DNA of 64,000 bases from Lama guanicoe (taxonomy: Eukaryota). The stretch is taken from assembly GCA_013239625.1 (NCBI GenBank), contig MU053629.1:3623567-3687566 (forward strand), given 5' to 3'. The translations under genes were made by a program, and so were the position numbers. The stretch's first letter is position 1. Each line of letters begins with the position of its first letter. Below the pieces are notes generated by a model. It was not told the origin of the DNA. It searched no databases and saw only the letters and a list, made by a program, of their open reading frames with translations. Of this stretch, positions 52,365-64,000 are shown one piece after another.

Positions 52365-53975
52365 CAGTGTTGTTAAGATGTTAGTTTTGCTTTAATTCCT
52401 CTGTAGATTTAAGGCAACCCACTGAAAATCCCAGTAGGCTTTGTAGAGTTGACAAATTGTGTCTAAAATTTATATGGAAATGCAAAGGACCTAGAATAGC
52501 CAAAACAACTTTAAAAAGGAAAAACAAAGTTGTGGGATTTAGACTACCTGATTTCAAGGTTTATTATAAAACCACAGTAATCAATAGAATGTTGTATTGG
52601 TGTGAAGCTAAGCATAATAGCGCAAATGGAACAGAATGATTAGTTCAGATATAGACGCATACATATATAGTCAACTTAAGTTTTGGCAAATATTCCAGGG
52701 TAGTTCGATAGGGAAAGAAGAATCTTTTCAATAAATGATGCTGGAACAATTGTGTATCCATATGCACAAAAGTGGACCTCTACCATTACCTCATACCATA
52801 TAATAAATTAACTCACAGTGGATTATAGGTCTAATTGTATGAGTTAAAACTGTAAAACTTCTAAAAGAAACAAAGGAGACTATTTTAGTGACCTGTGTTT
52901 TAGCAAAGAGTTTTACTATGGGACACAAAAAGCACAAAGTATAAAGCAAAAATCAATAAGTTGAACCTCATCTAAATTAAGAACATTTGCTTTTCCAGAG
53001 ACTCTGTGACAAAAATGAAAAGGCAAGCCACAGACTGAGAAAATATTGGCAAAACATATAAAGTCAAAGGACTTTATCTAGAATATATAAAGATCTCTTA
53101 CAACTTAACTCACAATGCAGTTTAAAAAATGGGTAGGAGATTTGAACAGACACTAAAGAAGATGTGCCAGTGGCTTATAAATAAGCACATGAGGAGATAT
53201 TTAACATCATTAGCCATTAGGGAAATGTAAGCTAAAGCCACAGTGAGATATGCTACATGTCCACCAGAGTGTCTGCAGAGACAGACCGTATGTTATTGAG
53301 GACACGGAGTGACTGGAACTCTCAGACGCTGCTGATAGGAATGTGAAATGGTATAGTCATGTTGCAAAACAGCTTATTGTTTCATGATTTGGTAAGCCTG
53401 TATCTACTATACATTCAACCATTTGACTCCTAGGAGTTTCCCAAAAGAAAAAAATGAAAGCATAGGTCCAGTCAGGCCCTTGTACCTGAATGTTTATAGT
53501 AGTTTTTTTTTTTTTTTTGGTAATAGCGAAAAACTAGCCACAACCCAAATATCCATCAACAGTTGAATGCATAAGCAAATTGTGGTATATCCATTCAGTA
53601 GTATACTACTTAGCAATAATAAGAATAAACGATTGATAAAAGCAACAATATGGGTGAATCTGAAAAGAATGATGCTGACTAAAAGAGTCAGACAAAAAAG
53701 AGCACATACTGTGTGATTCTATTTATATAAATGTGGACATTGCAAACTAATCTGTAGTGACAGAATACAAATCAGTGGTTGCCTGGGGAATGAAGGAAGG
53801 GGAGGAAGGGAAGAGTTAAAAAGGAGTGTGAGGGAACTTTGGGGGGGTGATATGTTTGTAATCTGAATTGTGGGAATGGTCATATATATACTCATCAAAT
53901 GATACACTGTAAGTATATGGAGTTTATTGTATGAAAATTATATACCAATAAAATATATAAAATCGAAAAAAAAAA
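52365..53975 (+). mobile_element. Old L1 ORF2 3' region and 3' UTR (sense)
   Basis: ORF remnant 52457..52639 LKFIWKCKGPRIAKTTLKRKNKVVGFRLPDFKVYYKTTVI is classic L1 ORF2; continues to AATAAA at 53947 and an A-rich tail. Confidence 0.9.
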
Positions 53976-54029
53976 GTTGCTGAAAACTATTGACAAAGAG
54001 GGATTCTTAAAAGCATCCATGGAAAGAAA

Positions 54030-54580
54030 CAATCACTTTGGAAAACAGTTTGGTAGTTTCTTTTAAAATGAAACCATACAACCCACCAACTCCGCTTCTC
54101 AGTATTGACCTAAGAAAAATGAAAACATTTGTTTGCACGAAGACTTGTGCACAAATGTTCCTAAGCATCTTTATTCATGATAGCCTCAAACTAGAAACAA
54201 CCGAAGTTATTTGTCACCAGGTAAGTAAACAAATTTTTGATATGTTCAAACAATGGAATACAGCTCAACAATAAAAATAAATGGTTGATACATACAACTT
54301 GGATGAATCTCAGAAACATTATACTGAGGGAAAGAAGCCCTGCAGAAGAGTCCATACTGTACGATCCCATTAGAACAGACAGAATTAATCCACAGTAACA
54401 CAGTAACACAGTAGATCAGCGGTTACCTGAAAGTCTGGGGGGCTGGAGTGAGTGTGAACTTCACAGGGGCATGATGGAACTTTCTGGAGTAACCAGAGTG
54501 TTAAATCTTGATTTTAGTGGTGGGTTCACAGGTTTATACGTTTTTCAAAATGCATCAAACTGTACACTTAAAATGCAAAA
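54030..54580 (+). mobile_element. Old L1 3' end (sense)
   Basis: CACTTTGGAAAACAGTTTGGTAGTTTCTT...TGGATGAATCTCAGAAACATTATACTGAG...CATCAAACTGTACACTTAAAAT. Confidence 0.82.
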
Positions 54581-56122
54581 CTCTAGAAAGCCTTCTGCTT
54601 TCTAACTGCACTGGCTACATTTTGTCCTCTTTTAAAGTGTCAACAGGAGGTATGGTATGGCTTTCCAGTCCCCGCCCCACTCCCTCACACTCATACCTTT
54701 GCTAGACTAAGGAAGTCTGCTCATGTTTATTTTAAGTGCCACGGCACACAGACAGGGTATGTACACTGAGTTCTTTATTCATCTGTAAGACAAGGATAAT
54801 TCATGCCCAAGAGCAATAATTACAAATTACATACTTATTTCATGTAAGTGTGAAAATTAGTTTTTCTCAAGTCAGTAAATGTTGGCCAGTAGTAACAGTG
54901 TTACTGTTTAGCTCAGACATCTCTTTCCAAGAAGCTGTTGGAGGAACCAACCCCTTTGCAAAATGGATTAACCTCTGTATTCCTTTGGCACAGCCTCCAT
55001 CCCTTTCTTGTAATAAATAACGATCACTCGTTGAGGACCTGTTATGTGCCAAGTGCTGTATTATGAGCTTTATGCAACTTACCTCATTTATTGTTCCCCA
55101 CAGCCTTATGAAACAGGTGTGTTTTTCCTGTTTTATAGAAACCAAAGCTCAGAGGTTTAGAGTTTATATGCCTCTCTCTTACCAGTCTGTGAATTTCTTC
55201 ACATCAGGGAACATGTCTAATACAACTTTTTATCCCCGTCTCCAACGTAATAACAGACTAGCTTCTCCTAAGAAGTCTAAATGGGTGGAGGCGTGGTTAA
55301 CTTGTGCCGAACACACAGGAATCAACAGTAAACCTGGGCCGAGAACCCATGTCTCCTGCTCACAGCAGTCATGAATCTAGTCCTGGTTTTTTTTCTTCCC
55401 CCAACCGTGTGCCTTCTATGTACCATGCTCTGTGTTGTCGAGGGAGAGTTCTAACTTTATTTCTGTTCCAAAGAGTGGAAGGTTTCGGCTCATTCCTGGA
55501 ATAACCAGCTTACTCTCCCCTTCCTTCCAATGCTGCCCCCACTTACCCAGGAATTTCTTTTCTGTGCTCCACCATTTATTGCTCTTTGGCATAAAGAGCT
55601 GCTTTGTGAGCCAGACAGGCCCCTGGACAGAGTCTTGGTGAAGAGCTTGCTACTTGCCCAGCTGAGAAGGGGGGAGTCAGTGGAAGGACTTCTGCTCCAT
55701 TGAGCAGTGTGTGTGTTGGCGGGCCTGGCCTGGCCGCTCAGCTGTTCAGATTCCTGCTGTTGGTGGGTCTTCTACAGAAAGAATCCTGAAAGAATGCACC
55801 GTAAGGCCTGGCCTGGGGAGAGGTACTCTTGCACAACCTGATTCCTGAGCAAGAAGCACAATGAGTAGATGATTCCTGGAACCTGAATTAGGGTGAGGGT
55901 GGGAGAGTCTCCCTGCCTCTGTCCTTAGGCTTCCTCGCTGCCAGTAAGTTCTTCCTCTGCTCTAAATATACTCTTTCCTGATGAAACTTAAACTCCGTTT
56001 CTTCTCATTCTGTCCTTGAGAAAAAATGTGGAAGAATAAAGAGGCTTTTCCTCTGCCTCACATTTAAAAAAATTTTCTCCTAGCTGATACTGATTTGTTG
56101 GCAACAGCTTAGTGATTATTTC

Positions 56123-56440
56123 AATTATCTTTCGCTGTGTAATAAACCACACCAACACTTTGTGGTTTTAAAACAATAGTTTATTGCTTTCTATGTTTTT
56201 ATGGGTTGGCAGGGCCTCCCTCCCCATGTCTTCAGTCATCCTCTGGGAGGTAAACCCTTGGCTTCATCCCATGATGGTCTTAGGGTTCCATCAGCAAGAG
56301 GGGGTAACCCCAATATTCAGGCATCATTTAAGCCTCTGCTTTTTAAAAGTCCTATTGGCTAAAGCAAGTCGTGGTCAAGCCAAGATTCACAAAGTGGAGG
56401 GACACACTCTTTCTCTTGTTGGGAGGAGCTACAAGGTATG
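56123..56440. mobile_element. MLT1-type LTR fragment
   Basis: GCTGTGTAATAAACCACACCAACAC...TTAAAACAA...GTCCTATTGGCTAAAGCAAGTC...CTTGTTGGGAGGAGCT. Confidence 0.65.
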
Positions 56441-58819
56441 GCCAGTTTTCCCTGTGACATGTGATAAAAAGTTCAGCATTTGAATCCTGACTGTGCTACT
56501 CGCTGTGTAACCTCGGGCAAGTTAACTTCTACAAACCTCAGGAAAATGTAGAAAATAGAGCCTCCCTAAAGGTTGTGAGGACTGAGATCATGCCTAAAAA
56601 GCACTTAAAACAGTGCTTGACACACAGTAACCCTTAATGTTAGCCACTGCTTAGCAGGCGAATGAGCAGGTTTTTATGATTGCCAGCAGCGGAAGCCAGC
56701 CTGCCTTGGTTTAAGCTTCTCAGAAGGTATTCATTAGGAGGAGCCTGGGAAAGTATAGAGAAGCCTCTGAAAAGCTGAACCCACAAACTTCCGTGGGGCA
56801 GGGACCAGGGAGGGCTGCTCTGGTTGGGAGGCCGGAGCGCTCAGGCAGACGAGAAGCTGCCCGAGCCCACAGCTCCCACAAGGTTGCCACTGCTGGGCCA
56901 GCTGGCCCTTCTTAGCGTCACCGGGGGGTGGGCTGCAGGCTCGGTCACCTCCCAGAGGGGTCCACGGTCAGTGTTTCTGAAGTATACACTCCCATGACAG
57001 TCATGCATGTATCAAGGGACACCATCCCTCCCGCTGCGTGTGGGGGGCGGGTTGGCACATCCGTATGCAGAGGTGACAGTGTTTTAAATTATTACGTTGA
57101 AAGTGATTTCTAGGTGTGCCCTGCTTTAAGTAAAAGTAGTGTACAAAACTAACTCTGCAAAAATTGCTCTGGGGGCACTTCTTTGCTTTTTCAAGACATT
57201 TGCTACGGGCTTTTTCAAATATAACTTCTCACAGAATCTTCAAAGAGGCAAGCGAATTACATCAATTTAATTCAGACTTTTTTTTTTTAAAGAAATATGT
57301 TGGGGATACAAATTTATGCATACCTGCATTTACAAGTTACTTTTTAAATGAGAGGAAGTACAGTAGTGGTATTTGTAGGGAGACCACTGTTTCCAGGTGC
57401 CATTTAGGTACTGTTTTTCCAGCTAGGGAGTGGCCTCTTGAACGTTTCTCAGTGTCCTTCCCTCGCCTGGGTGGGTGTGCCCTGGTCCCAGCGAGCTCCT
57501 CTGCTGTGGCTGCGCGTGTGGCCAGCTCTCCTGCATTTCCAGCATGTCCACGCTGACTGGGAGCCTAGAGGGGAGCAGGTCCTCACCCTCATTCCTGAAG
57601 CGATCGGTCTCTGCCCTTGAGGAGCAGGACTTCTCGGGTGAGACAAGTACAGCTGATATTCCCACTGTCTGAAGTTCTGGGAGCTGTTCTGGGTTTGATC
57701 CACAGTGAACTGACCCACTGGGATCTGTTCTTGGTGCTGTGCAGACGTTGCATTCTGTTTCCCCTGGGTGTCCAAAGGGGGTGGCAGTCGTGTGGCTCAG
57801 CCTGGTGTATGTGGGTGTGGGGCGTTGATTCAGGAGGTAGATGTTAGACCTGAGATCCCTCTGAAAGTGTAGGCTTTCTGTAAAGTCTCTGGGTGACATC
57901 CTGGTGGACGGTCATGGGTAGGGACATGCACATGTCCCTCGTGTTTCTTTTCCCTTCTCCTCATAGTCACTTCCCCCAACCAAGTAAAATAATTTAAATT
58001 GTAAAATACTCATTGTGTACCTACCAAGTTCAAGGTACTGGGTGAGTCAGCATGGAGGGGATAAAGATGGGTCATAAATGAAATGTGTCCTCCAGGAGCT
58101 CAGAGTCTTAACGAGGAAAGAGACATACCTGTGAGTGATTCTGTGCGTGGCGGAACACCACCAGTGTCATTGTTTTGTGCATGAATCGCCACCCTGCCAA
58201 CTGTCAGATAGACTGATGTGATATATAACTAGTCAGGATTCTCTGGTTGCGTCAGAAACCTAACTTAGGATGTATTGGCTGTGTGACCAGGAGGTCTGAA
58301 GGCAGGAATGAGTGTGGGGTGAAATGATAGTCTCAGGACTCTGGTCTCCTCTTGGCTTTAATCCTTATGTGGGCTTCCTTTTCAGTCACGTGCTCTTCAC
58401 TGGGGGCAGCAGGGACCTCAGTAGCCCGGCACTTCTGGTCCATAGTGCTCCCTGTCCCCGGGAAAGCTCCGCCCACTCTCCCCAGCATCTAGGTCAGGGC
58501 TTGGAGACCCACACAGTCCTGGACCAGTTGTTTGTCGAGAGGACAAGAGTGTAGTTGGCTGTCCTAGGTTACGCGTCTACCCCTGGGGCAGGATAGGTGA
58601 GGCCCCTTTATTGTTACCCTCACAGAAACATTTGCTGTTGTGGGGAGCAAATCGCAAATGAAAAAGAGAGATTCTGTTACTAGAAAAGATGGGAGGAGCA
58701 GATTCTGAAAACAAGCAAATAAGGGGGGGAAAGCTGTTTCACTATAAATAATAGTACGCATTGGGTCAGAAAGACAGAAAGCTGTAACACAAGATCAAAA
58801 CATTAATTGAGCATTTAAG

Positions 58820-59124
58820 GCCGGGGTGGGCAGATGGGCAGCCCACAGCCTGCTGCCTATTTTTGTATGGCCTGCAAGCAAAGAACCGTTTTCCAGAATT
58901 CTGTGACAATTCTATGATGACTGTGTGAAATTCAAATTTCAGTGTCCATGAGGAGGTTTTGTTGGAACACAGCCAGGCTTACTTGAGTGCTGTCGGTGGC
59001 TCCTTTCGTGCTGTAAGGGCAGAGCTGAATAGCTGCTAGGAGGAGAGATCGTGTGGCCCTCCGAGCCTGAGAATGCTCACTCTCTGACCCTTTACAGAAG
59101 AAAATGCTCACTCTCTGACCCCTG
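58820..59124. mobile_element. MER58-like hAT-Charlie DNA transposon
   Basis: Ends CCGGGGTGGGCAGA ... TGACCCCTG; internal TTTTTGTATGGCCTGCAAGC, GAAATTCAAATTTCAGTGTCCAT, GTTTTGTTGGAACACAGCCA, CCCTTTACAGAA. Confidence 0.8.
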
Positions 59125-62100
59125 AGTTAAGGGGAAGAAGCAGCCCCCAACTGAGGGAGTTTTAGAATTTAAGCCCAGAAGTCGGCTTTAAGTTGAGCAG
59201 CTTAGGTTTTCCATGAAAACGTGGTGTATGAGGTAGGTAGGAGAGAGGGTGTGTCCCTGACCCCGGGGCTCTGAGAGGAATTGGCTGCAAAGGTTTCTCC
59301 CTCTGTGGCAGGAGGCCCCGGGTCCAGTTCATCCAAAGTTGACCCACGTGGTTAGGCTATGAGTTTAGGGCCATGTGGGGGCGAGATACCGCTCTGCTGC
59401 ATGCCATTTAGAGCCGTGACCTGCATTGCCAGCCCACCGGCCTTCTTAGCCCCTCATCATCAAGAGCTTTTTTAAAGACCCTGATGAGGCATTATATGAT
59501 TTAGATCAATACAGGGTTCATCCCTTTTAGCACGTAAATAATTTCTGCCTTGGAGTTGCTGGCCGATGAAGGTTAGTAAATGCTAAGAACAGTGTGAAAT
59601 TATGCCTTAGCTGGTTTCTCTTTCCCTTCTGTCGGATGAAGCAGCGTGTAACCTGCCTGAGCTTTACTTCCCGTATTGCGGTGTACTGAGGAAGCCAGCC
59701 TAGATTTTTGAGGGGACCCTCAGCTGGGCTGTACCTGGGGCCTTCTGCTTGGAGCGCCGTCCAAAAGAGGGCTTATGCCCAGGGTGAAGAGTTCTGTGAA
59801 ACCAGGGAGCTCTCAGGTCAGAGTGAGGTTTGTCCTCTGCAGAGACGACAGGTGTGTGTGAATCCCAGTCCTGGGGACAGCTGGCGCCTCGAGGGGGTCC
59901 CAGCAACAGGGTCCTCACAGCAGTCAGGATTTCAGCCTCTGAAGTCCTCCTCTCGCTTGAAGTCAGACTTGCTGTTGGCACCGATAGGCAAGATCCGAAG
60001 TGGCCCAAGTTTGTTTTTGTTTTGTTGTTTTACAAGCTGTTGGTGGCAGACTCACATGTAATGAGTTTCTGAGTGGCTGCTTCTCTGACCCTTACAAGGC
60101 ACTGTGCTGCCTGCCAGGGCTTCTCTGACGCCCTGCCAGCCTTCCCTGAGGAAAGTCAGGGTGGCCCCTGGGGCTGCGCACGGGCTCTGTCCTGAGCACA
60201 GCCCGTCTGTGTGTGGCGGGGTGTCCCATCTACGCCTCGACCGTGGGTTGCCCCGTGGTGTCCAGGGGGCGGCCCTGCCTGTGTCTCTGCTTCCGTTGCC
60301 CACCAGCCTCATTCCGCGCCCATGTGGTGACAACCTCGATGGGGCAGTGAATTTAAAGGGAGAACCGATTCCTTTAGACTCTGTCTAGACTGCCCTACCT
60401 TACAGATGGAGAGAAACGGAGAGTGGCCGATCAGTAGCTGGAATCTGGTATGTAGCCTCTGGTTAGAAATGTGCGTCACGTTCTCTAGAATTACCCTGGT
60501 GCTAGACCCACAGTGATGGATTGTGCCTCCAGACAAGTTTGTTTCTTAGCTTCTCAAGTGAGGCAGATGGGACGTTGGAGGAGGGAAAGTGCTTCCTCAT
60601 ATCCCTTTAGGGAAGCATCGTGGAAGAGGTGGTATTTGGGCTGAGCTTTGAAGCCGAGGGAGAAGTCATGCAGATGGCAGTGTCAGTGCGAGGAATTCCA
60701 GGTAGAGGGAAACACATGAATCATGGCTCAGAGGCAGGGAAACACTGATGTGTCCTTGCAGCGAATAGCAAGTCGTTCAGGATGTCTGAAACGAAGCATT
60801 CCTGATGGTGAGTGGTGGGAGTTACCTGAAGATTAGTTGAAACGAGTGAGCAGGGTCTTCACTGTGTGCGTGGGGACTAGATTTAACCTGCGCAGTGGGG
60901 AGCAGAGGAGCCCTCCTGAGCGGGGAAGGGAGGTGCGCTGCCCTGTGAGAAAGAGCCAAGGGGAGGGGGCGGGGAGGCCAGTTAGGAGGCTGTTGCTGTG
61001 GTCCTGGAAGTGAGAACTTGGGTCTGAGACAGGGCAGTCACCCAGCGAAGGGCCAGGAGGACAGGTTGGGAGACTGTATCCTGGGAAGCCCCTGAGAGCA
61101 GAGGCCAGGTGTGTGGACGGATGGGAAGGGCAAGGGAAGAGAGCAGAAGGTTTGCCCTGCGGCCCTCCCCCTGACAGCTGTGGAGGAAGGGGCCTGAGGC
61201 CCAGGGTACCTGCTTCCTTTAGGAAAGGCCCTGCCCCAGGCTGACAGGTGATCCTGGGAGAGCCGTGTCCTGTTCCTTCTCACATGAAGACATGGTGCAG
61301 GATGTAGGTGACCATTACTGTGGTGATGGTCCTAGAAATTCTCTCCCACTCTCCATTTAAAAATGAGCAGATCTCCGGCCTATCTCTATCTTTCCTTTTT
61401 CCGTTTTCTCCCCTCCAACACCCCATCCCTCCTGCTGAACAAAATTAGCTTTCAGGGGGCCAAAACAGGTTTTTAGCTAATTTCTCTTTCTTGACTTACA
61501 GATAATAAGCACCCAGGTTAGCGCCTTTGTTTTCCTGCCCCAGGTAGTTGATGGGCTCTGTGGTAGATGGCATGCCTGCTTGTCTTCTCAAGTCACCCAG
61601 ATCGCCTGGGAGGGGAAATGCACTCACTGCTCCAAGGCAGGTTGTTTTAATGGAAAGGTTACTTTGCGGACTTTGGCAGGGGGCTTCTACTTGAGCCTCA
61701 ATGTCCATATGTATAAAATGGTGCTGCTCTGCTGTATATTATTATGAGTCATTAGAAATGAGAGGTCAGGGAATCCAGGATCCATAAGCTCTGCCCTTTC
61801 CTGCCTCCTTTTCCCTCTTTCTTTCTCTCCCCCTTCTCCCCCCACTTAGTGTTACCCCACACCTTTTGCTGTGGCTTTCAGTACAACCTGATTTAACATT
61901 CTGACCATTTCTTTGAATGATGTGTGCTGATAAAATGCAAATCCTGAACTCTTGCAACATCATCTTGTGTTTAATTGTCAGCATTTGTGTGCCTTTTGGG
62001 TCAGGACCTAACACTGCACTTGCAGAGAGGGGCACACAAAGGTAGAGAAGGAAAGCATTTCAAAACTAATGAATCTTGGAAGGGAAGAAGAAAATTAAAA

Positions 62101-62329
62101 TGCAGTTTCTGGACTGGGTTGCAGAAATCTTGCAAGTGGAGAGATAAAAATAGCTGCTTGTTAGGACCTGGCCCGCGTGCTCCGAAGGCTCACTGTGTGA
62201 ACTCACTTGTTAATCAGGAGGTGGGAAACAGCCTCTAGTTCCTGCTGTCATCATCTCCTGCAGTTAAACTCGTCAAGGAGGGTAAGGAGCTGGAGCTGAC
62301 AAGGAAGTGCTCACTCACCATCCTGGAGC

Positions 62330-62615
62330 TTTGAGATACAATTGACATATAACATTGTATTAGTTTCAGGTGCACAGCACAGTATGCACACTTGATACAC
62401 GTGAATATTGTGACGTGATCACCGCAGTGAGTCCCGTTAACCCCCATCCCCTTACGTAGTTTTCTTTCCTGTGAGGAGAACTTGTAGGATTTACTATGGT
62501 AGCAACTTGCAAACACACAGTTCAGTGTCTGTTCCCAGTAGTGGGCCTGCTGTGCATTACATCCCCAGGACTCACTTCTCTCAGACCTGGAGGTTTGTGC
62601 CTTTGACCGCTTTCA
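62330..62615 (-). mobile_element. L1 3' end fragment
   Basis: TTGAGATACAATTGACATATAACATTGTATTAGTTTCAGGTGCACAGC...ACATCCCCAGGACT...CTGGAGGTTTGTGCCTTTGACC. Confidence 0.78.
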
Positions 62616-64000
62616 TCTACAACTTCATAGCTTTTTCTGAAACTTTGCAGGACAACTCTTTATGGTTTGCCATTTGTTGTCTTCTTTAGACCCAGATTAG
62701 CCAGGCTCTGGATAAACAATCGAGAATCTATGAGTTCTACTCTAGCCTCTGCCAGTAGCTCGCTTTGTAACCTGGACAGGTAACTCCCAAACTCAGGTCC
62801 TCAGTGTTTCTGATCTGTACGCAGGGGTTTAGGACGCTCACCTCACACCATTGTTGTAAGGATTGGAGAAGGCAGTGTATTTAAAAGGCCTGGCATAGCA
62901 GGTGCTCAGTGAACCAGAGGAGGGGTGGTGTCTTCCTCGGTTGGCTGGCTTCTTGTTACTTGTTGGACTCTGTCTCCCCTGGTGGTGACAGCCTGAACAG
63001 GGACAAGGACTTGTCCTTTTCACTCATAGCTCGTGCAGGCTACATGTTTATAGAATAAACAGGTGACCCCACTGAATTCTGTAACATGTTGATTGCCCAC
63101 TGTGGATCGGGTGCTCCGAGGAAACAACTATCATCCAGATTTGGGTGTTGTGGCGATCGATGTGTTAATCCAAACCCCTTGTTTAGAGGGGTAGACAATG
63201 TTTAGAAGTCAAGTTAAAATCATGTGCTCATGGGGGGAAAATCAGGAGGCTTTAAACAGTGGTTATTTCTGGGGCAGAAAATATCAGAGAACAAAATACT
63301 CCCTGCCACCTAATCTTTTCGTAAAACCTCCTTGTTCGTTTTTGAAGGGTTTACCCATCTTCATTGTTGCAGAGTCTGGGCAGGATCTGGGTATCAAACC
63401 TTAGCATCTTGTAGGTTTCTGTAGGAGGCTTGTCAGCCTGGGAGCCTGGGGCGGGGGTGGATGCTCCCTCTGGAATGCAGCATGGCCTACCACGTGCTGG
63501 GGCTCCTCTCAGCCTCTTCCTTCTGATGGTGGAGGGTCAGAAAGAGAACCCAAGGCCTGGGGAGGCCTCAGGAAGTAGAGAGAGCCTGGGCCCGCGGTGT
63601 GAACAGTGGTTGAGGTAGCTGCGAGGGAAGATGCTGGCGGAAAGCCTGATTAAACCTCTCAGGGCTCCAGAGTAGGGCAGTATTCCTCGTTGGAAGGGGG
63701 ACTCAGAAGAACCAGGCACCTGATGTAGAGGTGAGAGGGAAAGGGCGATGTTTTAGATGCAGGGACCAGCACAAAACCAGCAGTTAGAGAGGTAGGTGAG
63801 CCCGGGCCCGGGGGAGGTGAACATGGAGATGTGTCGTGGCAAGAAGTTGGAAAGGTAAGCAGAGCAGTGGAGGGCTTGGAAAGGCAGGCCATAGGGCCTG
63901 GACGGTACTCTGAGGCAGACGGGAGCCACTGCAGGCTCTGTACAGGGGTTGTCCCACTGGAGGAGTGCTGGTCAGTGTGCAGGATAGCGTGGAGGAGGAA

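Noticed and set aside
52457..52639. ORF with L1 ORF2-like peptide (also 29003..29215 and 31502..31750)
   Set aside because: Short remnants of dead L1 copies broken by stops and frameshifts; not functional genes.
50895..64000. Search for MAP2K1 exon 6 ([21 protein letters not shown]) and for intronic snoRNA or other RNA genes
   Set aside because: No matching sequence recognised by eye; exon 6 must lie beyond the window. An Rfam/Infernal scan would be needed to exclude small RNAs formally.

Overview
Mammalian genomic DNA, not prokaryotic, so the six-frame ORF track is mostly noise. The window holds the 5' half of MAP2K1 (MEK1) on the + strand: a CpG-island promoter and GC-rich 5' UTR (~8.2-9.3 kb) and coding exons 1-5 (9022-9101, 42307-42517, 43771-43917, 50207-50284, 50843-50894). 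All have canonical GT-AG boundaries and splice in frame to 189 codons plus 1 nt, ending in the catalytic-loop H-R-(D). The translation matches human MEK1 as I recall it. Exon 6 onward lies beyond the window. The rest is intronic or intergenic DNA rich in interspersed repeats (L1, L2, MIR, MLT1/MLT2 LTRs, MER3, MER58) and microsatellites. Six tRNA-derived SINEs resemble camelid Vic-1, suggesting a camel, alpaca or llama genome. I found no convincing undescribed biological system. The best leads are modest splicing and regulatory hypotheses: a ~20-bp tandem array before in-frame exon 4, a YCAY cluster before exon 3, an AG|GTAATAAA start of exon 5, and inverted SINEs around exons 4-5. Repeat boundaries and subfamily names were assigned by eye and are approximate.
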